A DNA stretch of 64,000 nt from Candidatus Kapaibacterium sp. (GTDB taxonomy: Bacteria > Bacteroidota > Ignavibacteria > Kapaibacteriales > UBA2268). The stretch's first letter is position 1, and every line of letters starts with the position of its first letter. Shown here in pieces: positions 1 through 9,955 of the stretch. The stretch spans positions 3,680,001 through 3,744,000 of the forward strand of contig OY762428.1 in the NCBI GenBank assembly GCA_963665665.1, read 5' to 3'. The notes below the pieces were generated by a model. It did not search any database and was not told the origin of the DNA. It was given only the letters and a program-made list of their open reading frames with translations. A program made the position numbers and the translations under genes.

Positions 1-3000
1 TTCAGATCAAGCTATACGAAACTACAGGAAGGTTTGATATTGTTTGGGCAGCTCCTTCGTCAGCATTCGGCGACCGCACAGGTTCTATGTTTGCAACTGG
101 TGGATCTACAAGCAGATATATAAATATCCAGCCTGGAAACCCATCTACTTTTTACTTTAGCAATGTAAACCCAAATACAACTCAGTGGATGAGAAACCCA
201 TACACTGACAATATTCATGCTGGTAAAACATATTCATTCACAACATATCCTGCATTAATGGGTGCTTTCCCGGCCCAGGATGCAATCCTGCGCAGGGGAA
301 CAATCGTAAATGACGAAAACAAACCCGGCGTTGTTATGGAAAACAACCAGATGGACGGCGTTTATATAAAATATTCAATCGAAGGCCCTTTGCCGGCAAG
401 CAATCCTCAGTTCAGAACAGTTTACACTGCAACTGTTGAGGGTGACGAAACTGACGATATGGTTCCAGTCTATAATAATGGAAGAACTAATTTTACACAT
501 GCCACAGGATTTATTGCCAGGACTGATCCTGACAATAATGGTGATATTGATCTTGAAACAAATGAACTTAATATTCCCGGTGGAACTTATAAAGTAAAAG
601 CTGAAATGCAGATACCTTCAGTCGGTTTCACACAGGAACTTGCAGACCAGACATTTATTATCGCTCTTGAAAATGACCTTGCAATTAACAGGATAATTTC
701 TCCAAAACCTAAAGACGAAAAGAAATATCCTCTTTCAACAGGACGCATACGCGTACAGTGCAGGGTTCAGAACTATGGTATCAATGATGTAACAGAATTT
801 GACGCTGTAGCAAGAATTTATAAAGATGACGAACAGGTTTACGAAGAAGATTTCGAATGGTCTTCAACTGACCCGATGAGCACAGGTGAATACGTTGATA
901 TCAGCTTCCCTGACTACCGTCCGTTCGAAACAGGTGATTTCGATATAGTTTTTGAAGTAACAATGGTAGGCGTATTAGACAGAGAGCTTTCTAATAACCG
1001 CTGGCCAAAGACAGGCGACCATTACTGGTTCGAAGTTGCTCACGAGATAGAAGCAGAAGCATTGGATATAATCGATCCGACAGGTGAAGTATTTGTTGGC
1101 CGCCCTGTTAAACCTCTGGCAAGCTTCCAGAACAACGGCGTTTCTGATATATCTGACATCGATGCTGAAATGGTTATTACCAATTCAGACGGTGATGTTG
1201 TTTACAGAAGCCCGATCATCATTCAGGATATTCCCCAGGGAAGGTCAAATAAAGTGATCGTTGACTTTGATGACTTTGTTCCCCCGGCAGCAGGCGAATA
1301 TACAGCATGTATCACAATTACATCTAATGATGACCCTGTTACAGATAATAACTCGATTTGTGAAGATTTCTCAGTTGTTGAAGCCCTTAGCGGAACATAT
1401 ACGATTGGAACTTTATACGAAGGAAATATCAAAAACTTCCTTACTTTTGAAGCAGCTCTTGATCAGCTCTACCGTCGTGGTATGACTGGCCCTGTTACAT
1501 TTGAACTTACAGATGCCGTATATAATATTGGCTCGCTGGATAGAATGAATCAGCCGGCAATCGACATGAGCTCTACAATTGTAGGCCTTAGCGAAGACCA
1601 GCCGATCGTATTCAAGCCTTCAAGGCAGCGTGCCGTTTACCGTGCAGGTGTTAAGATCAACATGGTATCCGATAACGGTATTGGTATCTACATGGGTCAG
1701 AATATGGCTCCGAGCAACTCAAATGCTCCTGTTCATATCGTAAGAAACAGCAGTAAGAAAAACTATTCCAACTTCCCCGGATTTGTAACATTTGACGGCG
1801 GTGCAAACAAAGCATTCCAGTTCTCAATCGACAGTGATGAAGATTTCAGGACTGTTTTCTATCTTGCACAGGGCGCTTCAAACGTTACTATCAAGAACTG
1901 TATTATCAGGGGTGATTATAACACTACACCTTCATTTGATGCAGACCTTCCGAAGATGGTATTCAACTCTGCACAGAGCCAGTTCCTTTATGAAGATGAT
2001 ATTCGCACCAGCGGAACATATAGTGCAGGTATTCTTCTCAGAAGCCTGCCTCCGACAGATGACAAACAGACATCAAACCTGAACGCCCTTGATTCATTGT
2101 TCAACCAGAACAACGTAATCGAGAACAACGAGATCACAGGCTTTGGTTATGGTATAGCATCAATGGGTATGGGCGTACTGTTCAAACAGGAAGCCAACAA
2201 CTTCGTAAAATACTACAACATGAATAACGAGTATAAAGACAATGTTATCCATAATGTAAGCCGCGCAGCTATATTCCTTGGTTCCGAGCAGAACTCAACG
2301 ATCAAAAACAACAGGATATATGAAATCAACGGCGTAAGCGGCATGGACGCAGCCGGTATTATCCTTGGCGGCGACGCAGAACGCGACTGGTTCGGTTACA
2401 ACGTAATCGACATCACAGTTGACGGCAACGAAATAAGCGAAATCGACGGCGACTACGAGATCCGCGGAATCAAAGTATCCCAGGATCCTATCGTTATGCA
2501 GGCACCGGGCGGCGGACTTTCCTTCTATCCTGACAGGGCAGAAACAGTTGTAATCAAAAACAACGTAATCCGCAACTTAAATCCTGAAAATGCAGACGTG
2601 AAACGCTGCGGTATCCAGCTTTCAACACAGCGTGCAGGCATTGCAGACGAATACATGAATATACTTACACCTGCAAGGAAAGATTATCTTTCACGCAATG
2701 ACATAATAGCAAACAATACTATCATCATCACAGATGACGCTGTTGAAAACGTAGGCGCAACAGCAGGTATCATGCTTCAGCAGGTAGACGGCGCAGTTCT
2801 CAAGAACAATGCAATCGCCTTTGAAGACGAAGAATTTGCAGACAATGCATACACAACAACAGCAATCCTGCTCCAGAGCGAATGGCCTGAATGGGGTGCA
2901 GTAACATCCGACAGGAATGCCTTCGACATGGGCAATGCCAATGCAGACCTCATCCGCTTCATCCACATGGACGAAGACCAGAACGTAATAGAATACGGGC

Positions 3001-5096
3001 AGACAGGTGAATTTGCAAACATAGCACAGTGGCAGGTATGGACAAAACAGGATGAGAACTCCGTAGTAGGCGAGTTCCTTGGCGACCTTGACTATACAGG
3101 CAACTATCCCTACCAGCTTCGCGTTGTATCGGATCCTTATCCTCTTGGATGTATCCTTAACAACCGCGGCGGCGAAGTAACAGAAGTAGAATATGACATC
3201 GACGGCAACCTTCGCGGAGCAGCAGGCCAGCGTTACGACATCGGCGCCTTTGAATTCTCAGGCCGCATGTATGTAAGCGACGTAGAAATGCTTAACGTAC
3301 CAACACCGGGCGCATACAGGGCCGGCATGGGTACATTCAGCGATGCAGAATACATAATGACAGAAGCCCCGACAAACATCGTGGCAAGCCTGAGGAATAA
3401 CGGAACACTTCAGCAGTCAAACATCAATGTATATGCAAAGATCTACCGCGAACAGCCTGACGGATCATTCTCTGATACAGTAGAAATAGAAACAACAGTA
3501 AAAACAAGCATTCCAACAACAGAATCCGTTGACGTGGACTTCCTTCTTGATGACGAAGACGGCGTTGACTTCTATCCTCAGACTTACGGCGAGCTTGGCT
3601 TCTACAACGTACCGGATCAGTTTGCAGGTATGGAATCAAACGTAACACCACGCTACAGGATAGTAATCTCGGTAGAATCAGACCAGTATAACTCTAATAA
3701 TGTTATCGACAAAGTTGTACGTTTCTATGTTAAACGTTCATCACTCGGCCTTCTGGCATCAGCCAGGGATATTGCCACAGAAATCTACTGGGGCGAACCG
3801 ACAACAGACGAGATAGCCGGTAAGCTGAACCTTGACAGCCTTCGTGAAGGCCTCCGCAAAGTCGGCTGGGTATCAGACCTTGGCGAAGGACAGTATGATA
3901 TAGACCTGTTCAACAGGCTCGGCTGGGAACCCAGGTCAGTAAACTACACAATGTACAAAACACTTCTCTGGTCAGACGGTGATGAAAACACAATGAGCAG
4001 ATACGAGAAGATGGACATTGAAAGCTTCCTTGAAGGCGGCATGCAGAATGATAAGAAAAACCTTGTAATCGGTTCACAGGAACTTGTACGCCAGCTTGGA
4101 GGCAACGCATCCTCACTTGATTATGATCCTGACTTCCTTGATGAAGTATTCAGGGCCGAATACGTAACACCTGGCAACCCGATGGGCGCCGGCGTTAGCA
4201 ACAGCGGCAATACTGCAATCGGTATCTCGGTAGGAACAAACCTTGAAAATGCAATCGTGGCTACAAGCTATGAATTTGCAGAAGATGAAGATCCTTACTG
4301 CTCACTGATGAAAGTAACACAAAACGGTGAAGGCCTTGCAAGGCCGGCATATTACTATACAACACATACAGCCACACCTTCGGACAGCACACTTGGCGTG
4401 GCAGTAACATCACTAAGCAAGAACATAGTAACACTTGGCGTTGACTGGCGTCACTGGGCAGACATGGAAGACGTTCTTCGCCAGGTACTTGACTTCCTGG
4501 ATCAGAACGGCGGCTCGGTAGTACCGGTAGAACTTACAAGCTTCGATGCTATAGCAGCAGGCCAGAGGGTTGACCTTAGCTGGGAAACAGCAAGTGAATA
4601 CAAATCCTCACACTTCGAGATAGAAAAAGCAGAAGTAAGCCAGGCAGGCATGGGTTCATTCATGCAGATCGGACGTATGAAAGCAGCCGGAACAAGCAGC
4701 TATGCCACACAGTACGGCCCTGTAGTTGACTATGATGTAAACTATGGCAATACTTACGCATACCGCCTGAAAATGGTTGACATTGACGGAAGCTACGACT
4801 ACAGCGATGAAGAAGTAGTAACAATCGGTGGAAATGAAATGATCTCTCTCGGCCAGGCATATCCGAACCCGAGTAAAGAATCAGCTAAGTTCGAACTTAC
4901 AACCGGCAACGATGTAAATGTAAGCATCGATCTTTATGACATGAGCGGCAAGCTTGTACGCAACGTACTCAGCGAAACAACAAGCGGCACAGTAACAGTT
5001 GAAGTGGATACCCGCGACCTTACAAGCGGCAGCTACACACTTGTTCTTCGCAGCGGCTCAACAATCATCAACAGGACAGTACGCGTTGTTAAGTAA
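1..5096 (+). CDS. Very large secreted/surface protein with CARDB/Ig-like domains, a right-handed beta-helix region and a C-terminal T9SS type A sorting domain; 5' end lies outside the window
   Basis: The frame is open from position 3 (QIKLYETTGRFDIV...). Motifs include 'VQNYGINDVT' and 'FQNNGVSDIS' (CARDB-like), repeated 'IKNNRIYEI/IENNEITG' (PbH1-like), 'YDIGAFE', 'VPVELTSFDA...WETASE' and the terminal 'QAYPNPS...YDMSGKLV...SGSYTL...VVK'. Confidence 0.85.
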   Translation, partial: QIKLYETTGRFDIVWAAPSSAFGDRTGSMFATGGSTSRYINIQPGNPSTFYFSNVNPNTTQWMRNPYTDNIHAGKTYSFTTYPALMGAFPAQDAILRRGTIVNDENKPGVVMENNQMDGVYIKYSIEGPLPASNPQFRTVYTATVEGDETDDMVPVYNNGRTNFTHATGFIARTDPDNNGDIDLETNELNIPGGTYKVKAEMQIPSVGFTQELADQTFIIALENDLAINRIISPKPKDEKKYPLSTGRIRVQCRVQNYGINDVTEFDAVARIYKDDEQVYEEDFEWSSTDPMSTGEYVDISFPDYRPFETGDFDIVFEVTMVGVLDRELSNNRWPKTGDHYWFEVAHEIEAEALDIIDPTGEVFVGRPVKPLASFQNNGVSDISDIDAEMVITNSDGDVVYRSPIIIQDIPQGRSNKVIVDFDDFVPPAAGEYTACITITSNDDPVTDNNSICEDFSVVEALSGTYTIGTLYEGNIKNFLTFEAALDQLYRRGMTGPVTFELTDAVYNIGSLDRMNQPAIDMSSTIVGLSEDQPIVFKPSRQRAVYRAGVKINMVSDNGIGIYMGQNMAPSNSNAPVHIVRNSSKKNYSNFPGFVTFDGGANKAFQFSIDSDEDFRTVFYLAQGASNVTIKNCIIRGDYNTTPSFDADLPKMVFNSAQSQFLYEDDIRTSGTYSAGILLRSLPPTDDKQTSNLNALDSLFNQNNVIENNEITGFGYGIASMGMGVLFKQEANNFVKYYNMNNEYKDNVIHNVSRAAIFLGSEQNSTIKNNRIYEINGVSGMDAAGIILGGDAERDWFGYNVIDITVDGNEISEIDGDYEIRGIKVSQDPIVMQAPGGGLSFYPDRAETVVIKNNVIRNLNPENADVKRCGIQLSTQRAGIADEYMNILTPARKDYLSRNDIIANNTIIITDDAVENVGATAGIMLQQVDGAVLKNNAIAFEDEEFADNAYTTTAILLQSEWPEWGAVTSDRNAFDMGNANADLIRFIHMDEDQNVIEYGQTGEFANIAQWQVWTKQDENSVVGEFLGDLDYTGNYPYQLRVVSDPYPLGCILNNRGGEVTEVEYDIDGNLRGAAGQRYDIGAFEFSGRMYVSDVEMLNVPTPGAYRAGMGTFSDAEYIMTEAPTNIVASLRNNGTLQQSNINVYAKIYREQPDGSFSDTVEIETTVKTSIPTTESVDVDFLLDDEDGVDFYPQTYGELGFYNVPDQFAGMESNVTPRYRIVISVESDQYNSNNVIDKVVRFYVKRSSLGLLASARDIATEIYWGEPTTDEIAGKLNLDSLREGLRKVGWVSDLGEGQYDIDLFNRLGWEPRSVNYTMYKTLLWSDGDENTMSRYEKMDIESFLEGGMQNDKKNLVIGSQELVRQLGGNASSLDYDPDFLDEVFRAEYVTPGNPMGAGVSNSGNTAIGISVGTNLENAIVATSYEFAEDEDPYCSLMKVTQNGEGLARPAYYYTTHTATPSDSTLGVAVTSLSKNIVTLGVDWRHWADMEDVLRQVLDFLDQNGGSVVPVELTSFDAIAAGQRVDLSWETASEYKSSHFEIEKAEVSQAGMGSFMQIGRMKAAGTSSYATQYGPVVDYDVNYGNTYAYRLKMVDIDGSYDYSDEEVVTIGGNEMISLGQAYPNPSKESAKFELTTGNDVNVSIDLYDMSGKLVRNVLSETTSGTVTVEVDTRDLTSGSYTLVLRSGSTIINRTVRVVK

Positions 5097-5135
5097 TCAA
5101 CCTTAACAGCTGAATATAATTCTTATAATTAAGAA

Positions 5136-5168
5136 AAGAACCCCGGGGCAAAGCCCCGGGGTTTTTTG
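5136..5168 (+). terminator. Rho-independent terminator, probably bidirectional
   Basis: AACCCCGGGGC-AAA-GCCCCGGGGTT followed by a T-tract, between convergent genes. Confidence 0.9.
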
Positions 5169-5215
5169 TTTTGTAATCGAGTTTTCTAAAACTACTGAAT
5201 ATCAGGAACTGGTTT

Positions 5216-7249
5216 TCATTTTCCCGATTCAAAGTAGTTGTAAATTAATTCCTGAGAAGAACTGACAGCAGCATCTCTTTCTTTAAATAAATTCTTAAGG
5301 TCAGGTTCGATTATACGTGCTTTTTTCCGGTCACTGAGTTGAATATTAATTATATCCATTAATTCCTGCTGAATATTATCATCATAAATTGGGAATACTA
5401 CTTCGATACGCCTGCTAAGGTTTCTTTTCATCCAGTCGGCTGAACCCGCGTAAATTTTAGTATTGCCATTGTTGTGGAAAACAAACACTCTTGAATGCTC
5501 CAGGAAACGATCAACAATACTTATAACCTCAATATTTTCACTTAGTCCGGCTACTCCGGGTTTCAGGCAGCATATTCCCCGGCAGATAATTTTTATACTT
5601 ACTCCGGCATTAGAAGCTTCATAAAGTTGTTTTATCATCTTTCTGTCTTCCAGCCCGTTTACTTTTATAATTATTCCGGACTTCTTCCCCTGACGGGCAT
5701 TTTCAATTTCTTTTCGTATTCTCGCGATAAATACTTTCCTCATATTGAACTGTGCTACCAATAGATGCGTAAATTTATAATTCAACCTTTTGCCTTCGAG
5801 TATTTCGAATACTCTGTCAAGTTCGGAGCAAATGCCCTCATGAGAAGTAAAATATCCTATATCAGTATATATTTTAGCATTTTTTTCATTGAAATTTCCG
5901 GTTGACAGAAAGGCATATCTTTTTATAGCTGTTCCGTCTTTTCTATGAATAAGGGCTATCTTTGCGTGTACTTTCAGCCCGGGAAAACTATAGTGAACTT
6001 TTATACCGGCTTTTTCCATTTCTTCAGCCCAGTATATGTTGGACTCTTCATCAAAGCGGGCTTTTATTTCAACAAAAACGGTAACATCTTTTCCGGCATG
6101 CACTGCTCTGATCAATGCCTTCACTACTTCAGAATCACGGGCTACACGATATTGTGTGATTTTAATTGACTCAACCTGCTTGTCGGTGGCAGCAGCATTA
6201 AGGAAATCCAAAACATGATCGTAAGTATGATACGGGAAATTGATGATATTGTCTTTTGCATTAATAGCATCAAAAACAGCTATTCCTTCGGGCAGCTCTT
6301 TGTACCGCATGGGTGGCATTTCTTTGTAGGAAAGGCTTGCATCATTAGTTCTTGGAAATCCGAAATAATCACTAAAATTGTGATATCTCCCGCCTGGTAC
6401 TAAGTCCTCTTCGAATAATGAAAGGCTTTCCTGAAGATAATCCAGCATTTCGAAACTTATATTTTTATCATATAAAAAACGACATGGAGGGCCGTTTGGC
6501 CTCTTATTCAAGCCTTTTTTGATTTTTTGAAGTAAATTGCCGCTGAATTCATCATCAATATTCAGGTGCGCACCTCTTGTTAATTTAACTGATGCAATCT
6601 CTGCAACTTGATATTCCGGAAAAAGTTCAGAAATAAAATGCCGGATAATATCATCAATATAAATCACATAGGTTTTTGATCCGGTATCAGGAAGTCGGAT
6701 AAATCTTTTATACTCATCTGAAGGTATGTTTACAATGAAATAATCAAGCATTCCGCTGTTATTAACAGCTTTTACTGAAAAATATATCTGCCCGTTTTTC
6801 AGAAAAGGTATTGACATTGATTTTTTAATTTTCACAATATTGATCAATGGTTTAATCTCTTCCCGGAATATTTTTGAAATCACACCTGACTGTTCATCGT
6901 TTAGTTCTGTGTCATTTACCAGGTAAATATTATTGTTTCTTAGGCTGGGAACTATTGATTTCCTGAAAATATTGCCAAACTCCTCCTGATGCTTATTCAC
7001 GGTAAAATTGATCTGCTTAATAAGTTTTGAAGGATTGAACTTTAATTTCTCAACTGATTTTTTATTCAGTTCCAGCAATGACATAAGTGATGCAACTCTT
7101 ACTCTGTAAAATTCATCAAGGTTTGATGAGAAGATTGCCAAAAATTTAATTCTCTCGAATAATGGTACTTCAGTATCAGCTGCTTCCTGAAGCACCCTGT
7201 GGTTAAATGCAAGCCAACTGATCTCGCGGTTAATGTATATGTCTTTCAT
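5216..7249 (-). CDS. ppk1: Polyphosphate kinase 1
   Basis: 'YINREISWLAFNHRVLQEA', 'SSNLDEFYRVRVA', 'KARFDEESNI', 'KVHAKIALI', 'SIVDRFLEHSR', 'GSADWMKRNL'. Confidence 0.97.
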   Translation of the reverse strand: MKDIYINREISWLAFNHRVLQEAADTEVPLFERIKFLAIFSSNLDEFYRVRVASLMSLLELNKKSVEKLKFNPSKLIKQINFTVNKHQEEFGNIFRKSIVPSLRNNNIYLVNDTELNDEQSGVISKIFREEIKPLINIVKIKKSMSIPFLKNGQIYFSVKAVNNSGMLDYFIVNIPSDEYKRFIRLPDTGSKTYVIYIDDIIRHFISELFPEYQVAEIASVKLTRGAHLNIDDEFSGNLLQKIKKGLNKRPNGPPCRFLYDKNISFEMLDYLQESLSLFEEDLVPGGRYHNFSDYFGFPRTNDASLSYKEMPPMRYKELPEGIAVFDAINAKDNIINFPYHTYDHVLDFLNAAATDKQVESIKITQYRVARDSEVVKALIRAVHAGKDVTVFVEIKARFDEESNIYWAEEMEKAGIKVHYSFPGLKVHAKIALIHRKDGTAIKRYAFLSTGNFNEKNAKIYTDIGYFTSHEGICSELDRVFEILEGKRLNYKFTHLLVAQFNMRKVFIARIRKEIENARQGKKSGIIIKVNGLEDRKMIKQLYEASNAGVSIKIICRGICCLKPGVAGLSENIEVISIVDRFLEHSRVFVFHNNGNTKIYAGSADWMKRNLSRRIEVVFPIYDDNIQQELMDIINIQLSDRKKARIIEPDLKNLFKERDAAVSSSQELIYNYFESGK

Positions 7250-7338
7250 AGCAAATCAGGATTATTGATAATTATATCATGAAAAATACAAATAATTTGT
7301 TAATTCATTATGAAGATGAAAAAGTATAAATAACAAAA

Positions 7339-7365
7339 TGCACGAAATAGTGACTATTTCGTGCA
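7339..7365 (-). terminator. Hairpin, probable terminator of the TlpA-like gene
   Basis: Perfect inverted repeat TGCACGAAATAG-TGA-CTATTTCGTGCA flanked by A-runs. Confidence 0.6.
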
Positions 7366-7392
7366 AAATCAAATCAAGCTGCGATTATCTGT

Positions 7393-8583
7393 TTATAATT
7401 CATTTTCAATTGCTTTTTCCAGTATATCCTCAAAGCCAGTGTTGTAGCCAAGCAGAGAGAATTTTATTTTCCCGTCCCTGCCAATAAGATAAAGCGTCGG
7501 GAAAGCCTGGACTTTATACGCGCCCAATAAATCATCTCCCGGAAAAACATTTGGATAGGTCATTCCCATTTCATCTATAAAATCTCCAAGCATCTTTTCT
7601 CTTCTGCTTTCATTATCGGTATTCATTCCGATAACCCGGAATCCTCTTGATTGATATTTCCTGTAGAATTTCTCGATATGAGGAATAAAAAGCTTGCAGG
7701 GATGGCATGTTGAAAACCAGAAGTCAAGCAGTACTACATTTCCCCTGTATTTGCTTAGTTTTATTCTTGTCTTGTCCATACTGAAAAGCTCAAAATCAGG
7801 GGCAACGCTGCCGTCCTGCAATAACTGTTCAGCGAAATCTGTTTCGGGGGGAACAAAATCCTCGAAAACATAATCCGGAGGAATAACATTTCTGGAAAAA
7901 TGCCCGTCAGTGATATTTTGATTAGTTTTAATTGAACTTATATACACATCATTGAACTGAATGTTTTTACCATTGCTTACCGAGAAAATTATTCTTTCCG
8001 GCAAAAGAGTACTGCGATTAATATAATATCGCTTATTAATATTTGTCCAGGGGCCGTCATCAGGATATTTGAACTGAACAATACGATATCTTTTGTTTGT
8101 ATCAGGCAGGAATTTTATTTCCGGATTATCCTTTTTAAATCTCGAGAAAGGAGCATTTACGGTGTATTCCGGAAATATCAGGTCTTTAACAATATTCTGC
8201 CTGATAAACCCCGGCCCGTTTTTGTGGGGGTTATCAACTATCACTTTTTTATTAACAAAATCCACAGAAAAAATATTCTTTCCGTCATAAATTTTCTCAT
8301 AAAAATCATTTCGGCGCACCCTTACTTTATACCCGAAAATCGTATCGGAGGGCATTTTGTCGATAAGGCAAAAACCCTTAACAGTAAGTGTATCCATTTC
8401 GTCGATCATTTTTATTCTGTAATCAACGTTATAAGAAATATTTTGAATATTAAGCAATTCTGCTTCTGATTTCATAAGAAAATCCCATGGATTCTCGTCA
8501 ATTTTTTCAATAGTATCCTTATTATCTCCGCAGGAAGCAAAAAAAGGCAGGAGCAGTAATAGCAGTAGTTTTTTCATTGTCAT
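7393..8583 (-). CDS. Lipoprotein with C-terminal TlpA/ResA-like thioredoxin domain
   Basis: Lipobox 'LLLLLLPFFASC'; 'APDFELF...KYRGNVVLLDFWFSTCHPC' (CxxC); 'AFPTLYLIGRDGKI'. Exact start codon uncertain. Confidence 0.85.
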   Translation of the reverse strand: MTMKKLLLLLLLPFFASCGDNKDTIEKIDENPWDFLMKSEAELLNIQNISYNVDYRIKMIDEMDTLTVKGFCLIDKMPSDTIFGYKVRVRRNDFYEKIYDGKNIFSVDFVNKKVIVDNPHKNGPGFIRQNIVKDLIFPEYTVNAPFSRFKKDNPEIKFLPDTNKRYRIVQFKYPDDGPWTNINKRYYINRSTLLPERIIFSVSNGKNIQFNDVYISSIKTNQNITDGHFSRNVIPPDYVFEDFVPPETDFAEQLLQDGSVAPDFELFSMDKTRIKLSKYRGNVVLLDFWFSTCHPCKLFIPHIEKFYRKYQSRGFRVIGMNTDNESRREKMLGDFIDEMGMTYPNVFPGDDLLGAYKVQAFPTLYLIGRDGKIKFSLLGYNTGFEDILEKAIENEL

Positions 8584-9014
8584 TTCCAAAAAATTGTTTG
8601 CTTTATTTCTAAACTCTAAGATAATATCCCGACTTGAGATATAAAAATTTATTGTTTATCCTAAGCGTTTCAGGAGCAATAATTGCTTTTTCCGATTGAA
8701 ATAATTATTAAGCCGGAAAATGTTGCATTGAAGCAAGTGAAGGAGTCATTCTTCAGGATTTTATCATAGAAACAAGTGTATTCTTTATTTCGATTCTGCC
8801 ACTGCCGAAGAATTTTATTCTTTCCCGGGGGCTTGAAAACGCATAATTTGGAGAAATTATTCCCTGAATGTAATTGAATTACAGCGATCCCGATCATATT
8901 CCTGTCGAATTTTTACTTATTTCCTATCCGTACTCGTAATTGCCTGATATTATTGATATTAATATCGTTGACACATCCTTCTGAAACGATTTTTTACAGC
9001 CAAAATCCCTTTTT

Positions 9015-9301
9015 CTGAGCCTTCCGAGCATTCCCTCGTGCCTGCCGAGCGTTCCCTCGTGCCTTCCGAGCGTTCCCCCGACCCTGTCGAGCGTTCCCTC
9101 GTGCCTGCCGAGCGTTCCCCCGTGCTTTCCGAGCGTTCCCCTGAGCTTTCCGAGCGTTCCCTCATGCCTGCCGAGCGTTCCCCTGAGCTTTCCGAGCGTT
9201 CCCTCATGCCTGCCGAGCGTTCCCCCGTGCTTTCCGAGCGTTCCCCCGAGCTTTCCGAGCATTCCCTCGTGCTTTCCGAGCGTTCCCCCGTCCTTTCCGA
9301 G
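9015..9301. repeat. 21-bp tandem repeat, 13 full units plus partial ends
   Basis: Consensus CCGAGCGTTCCC(T/C)CGTGC(C/T)T(G/T); units start at 9024, 9045, 9066 ... 9276, with a partial unit at 9297. Confidence 0.95.
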
Positions 9302-9587
9302 ACACTTTTTCAGGTAAAATTTTACTCAGAAAAGACAGAGTTTCACTTTTTTGATATAGAATTTCGCTCTATTGGTCAGTTCATTTCCCTTGATCAGTTG
9401 ATGTTTTTTTCGGAAAGTAGCCCAATTCGCTATGACGATGAAAATATTCAGTTCAAAAACATTGAAGTTTGCTATGCCCGGCAAATTTAATGATCATTTT
9501 GCACAGAATTTCAATCGGATGAGGGTAGAGATAACTAAGTAACAATATGTATTAGGTTTCGGAGAGTATAATCTTGCAATACAAGCT

Positions 9588-9767
9588 TTAATCCCCGATA
9601 TTTGATACTGACCAGTTAATCTTTCTAAGTGGTTTCCTGCGTTTATATACAGGAGGGCTGTCAATTTTATACACAATCGGTGTCGGGTTTCTTAAAGTAG
9701 CTGTTTGGTCGATTTCGATAATCGACAATACTAATGAGATCGTTATTGATATAAAAAGGTTTTTCAT
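9588..9767 (-). CDS. Putative 59-aa small protein with a hydrophobic N-terminus
   Basis: Manual translation: MKNLFISITISLVLSIIEIDQTATLRNPTPIVYKIDSPPVYKRRKPLRKINWSVSNIGD*. It falls just under the ORF track cutoff. Confidence 0.35.
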   Translation of the reverse strand: MKNLFISITISLVLSIIEIDQTATLRNPTPIVYKIDSPPVYKRRKPLRKINWSVSNIGD

Positions 9768-9955
9768 ATTGAAATATGATAAAATTTATAATAATATGCA
9801 AGTATGAAAGAAGAAATTTCTATTGTAAACGGGTACTCAGAAACATCAATGGAAACATCAATGTATTTTCAATATGCAGGAGAAGCATTTCGATATCTTT
9901 TATTATTTTTGTAGAATATTTGTAGAATAATTTATGGACAAATTTGGTTGAAGAA

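Noticed and set aside
9015-9301. CRISPR array interpretation of the 21-bp arrays (also 22345-22617)
   Set aside because: Units are contiguous with no unique 25-45 nt spacers, and no cas genes are in the window.
8924-9490. ORFs 8924-9262, 8959-9207, 9038-9490 and 22264-22677 as real genes
   Set aside because: They are open mainly because the repeat unit lacks stops in several frames; starts and flanking residues are unconvincing. Kept only as repeats.
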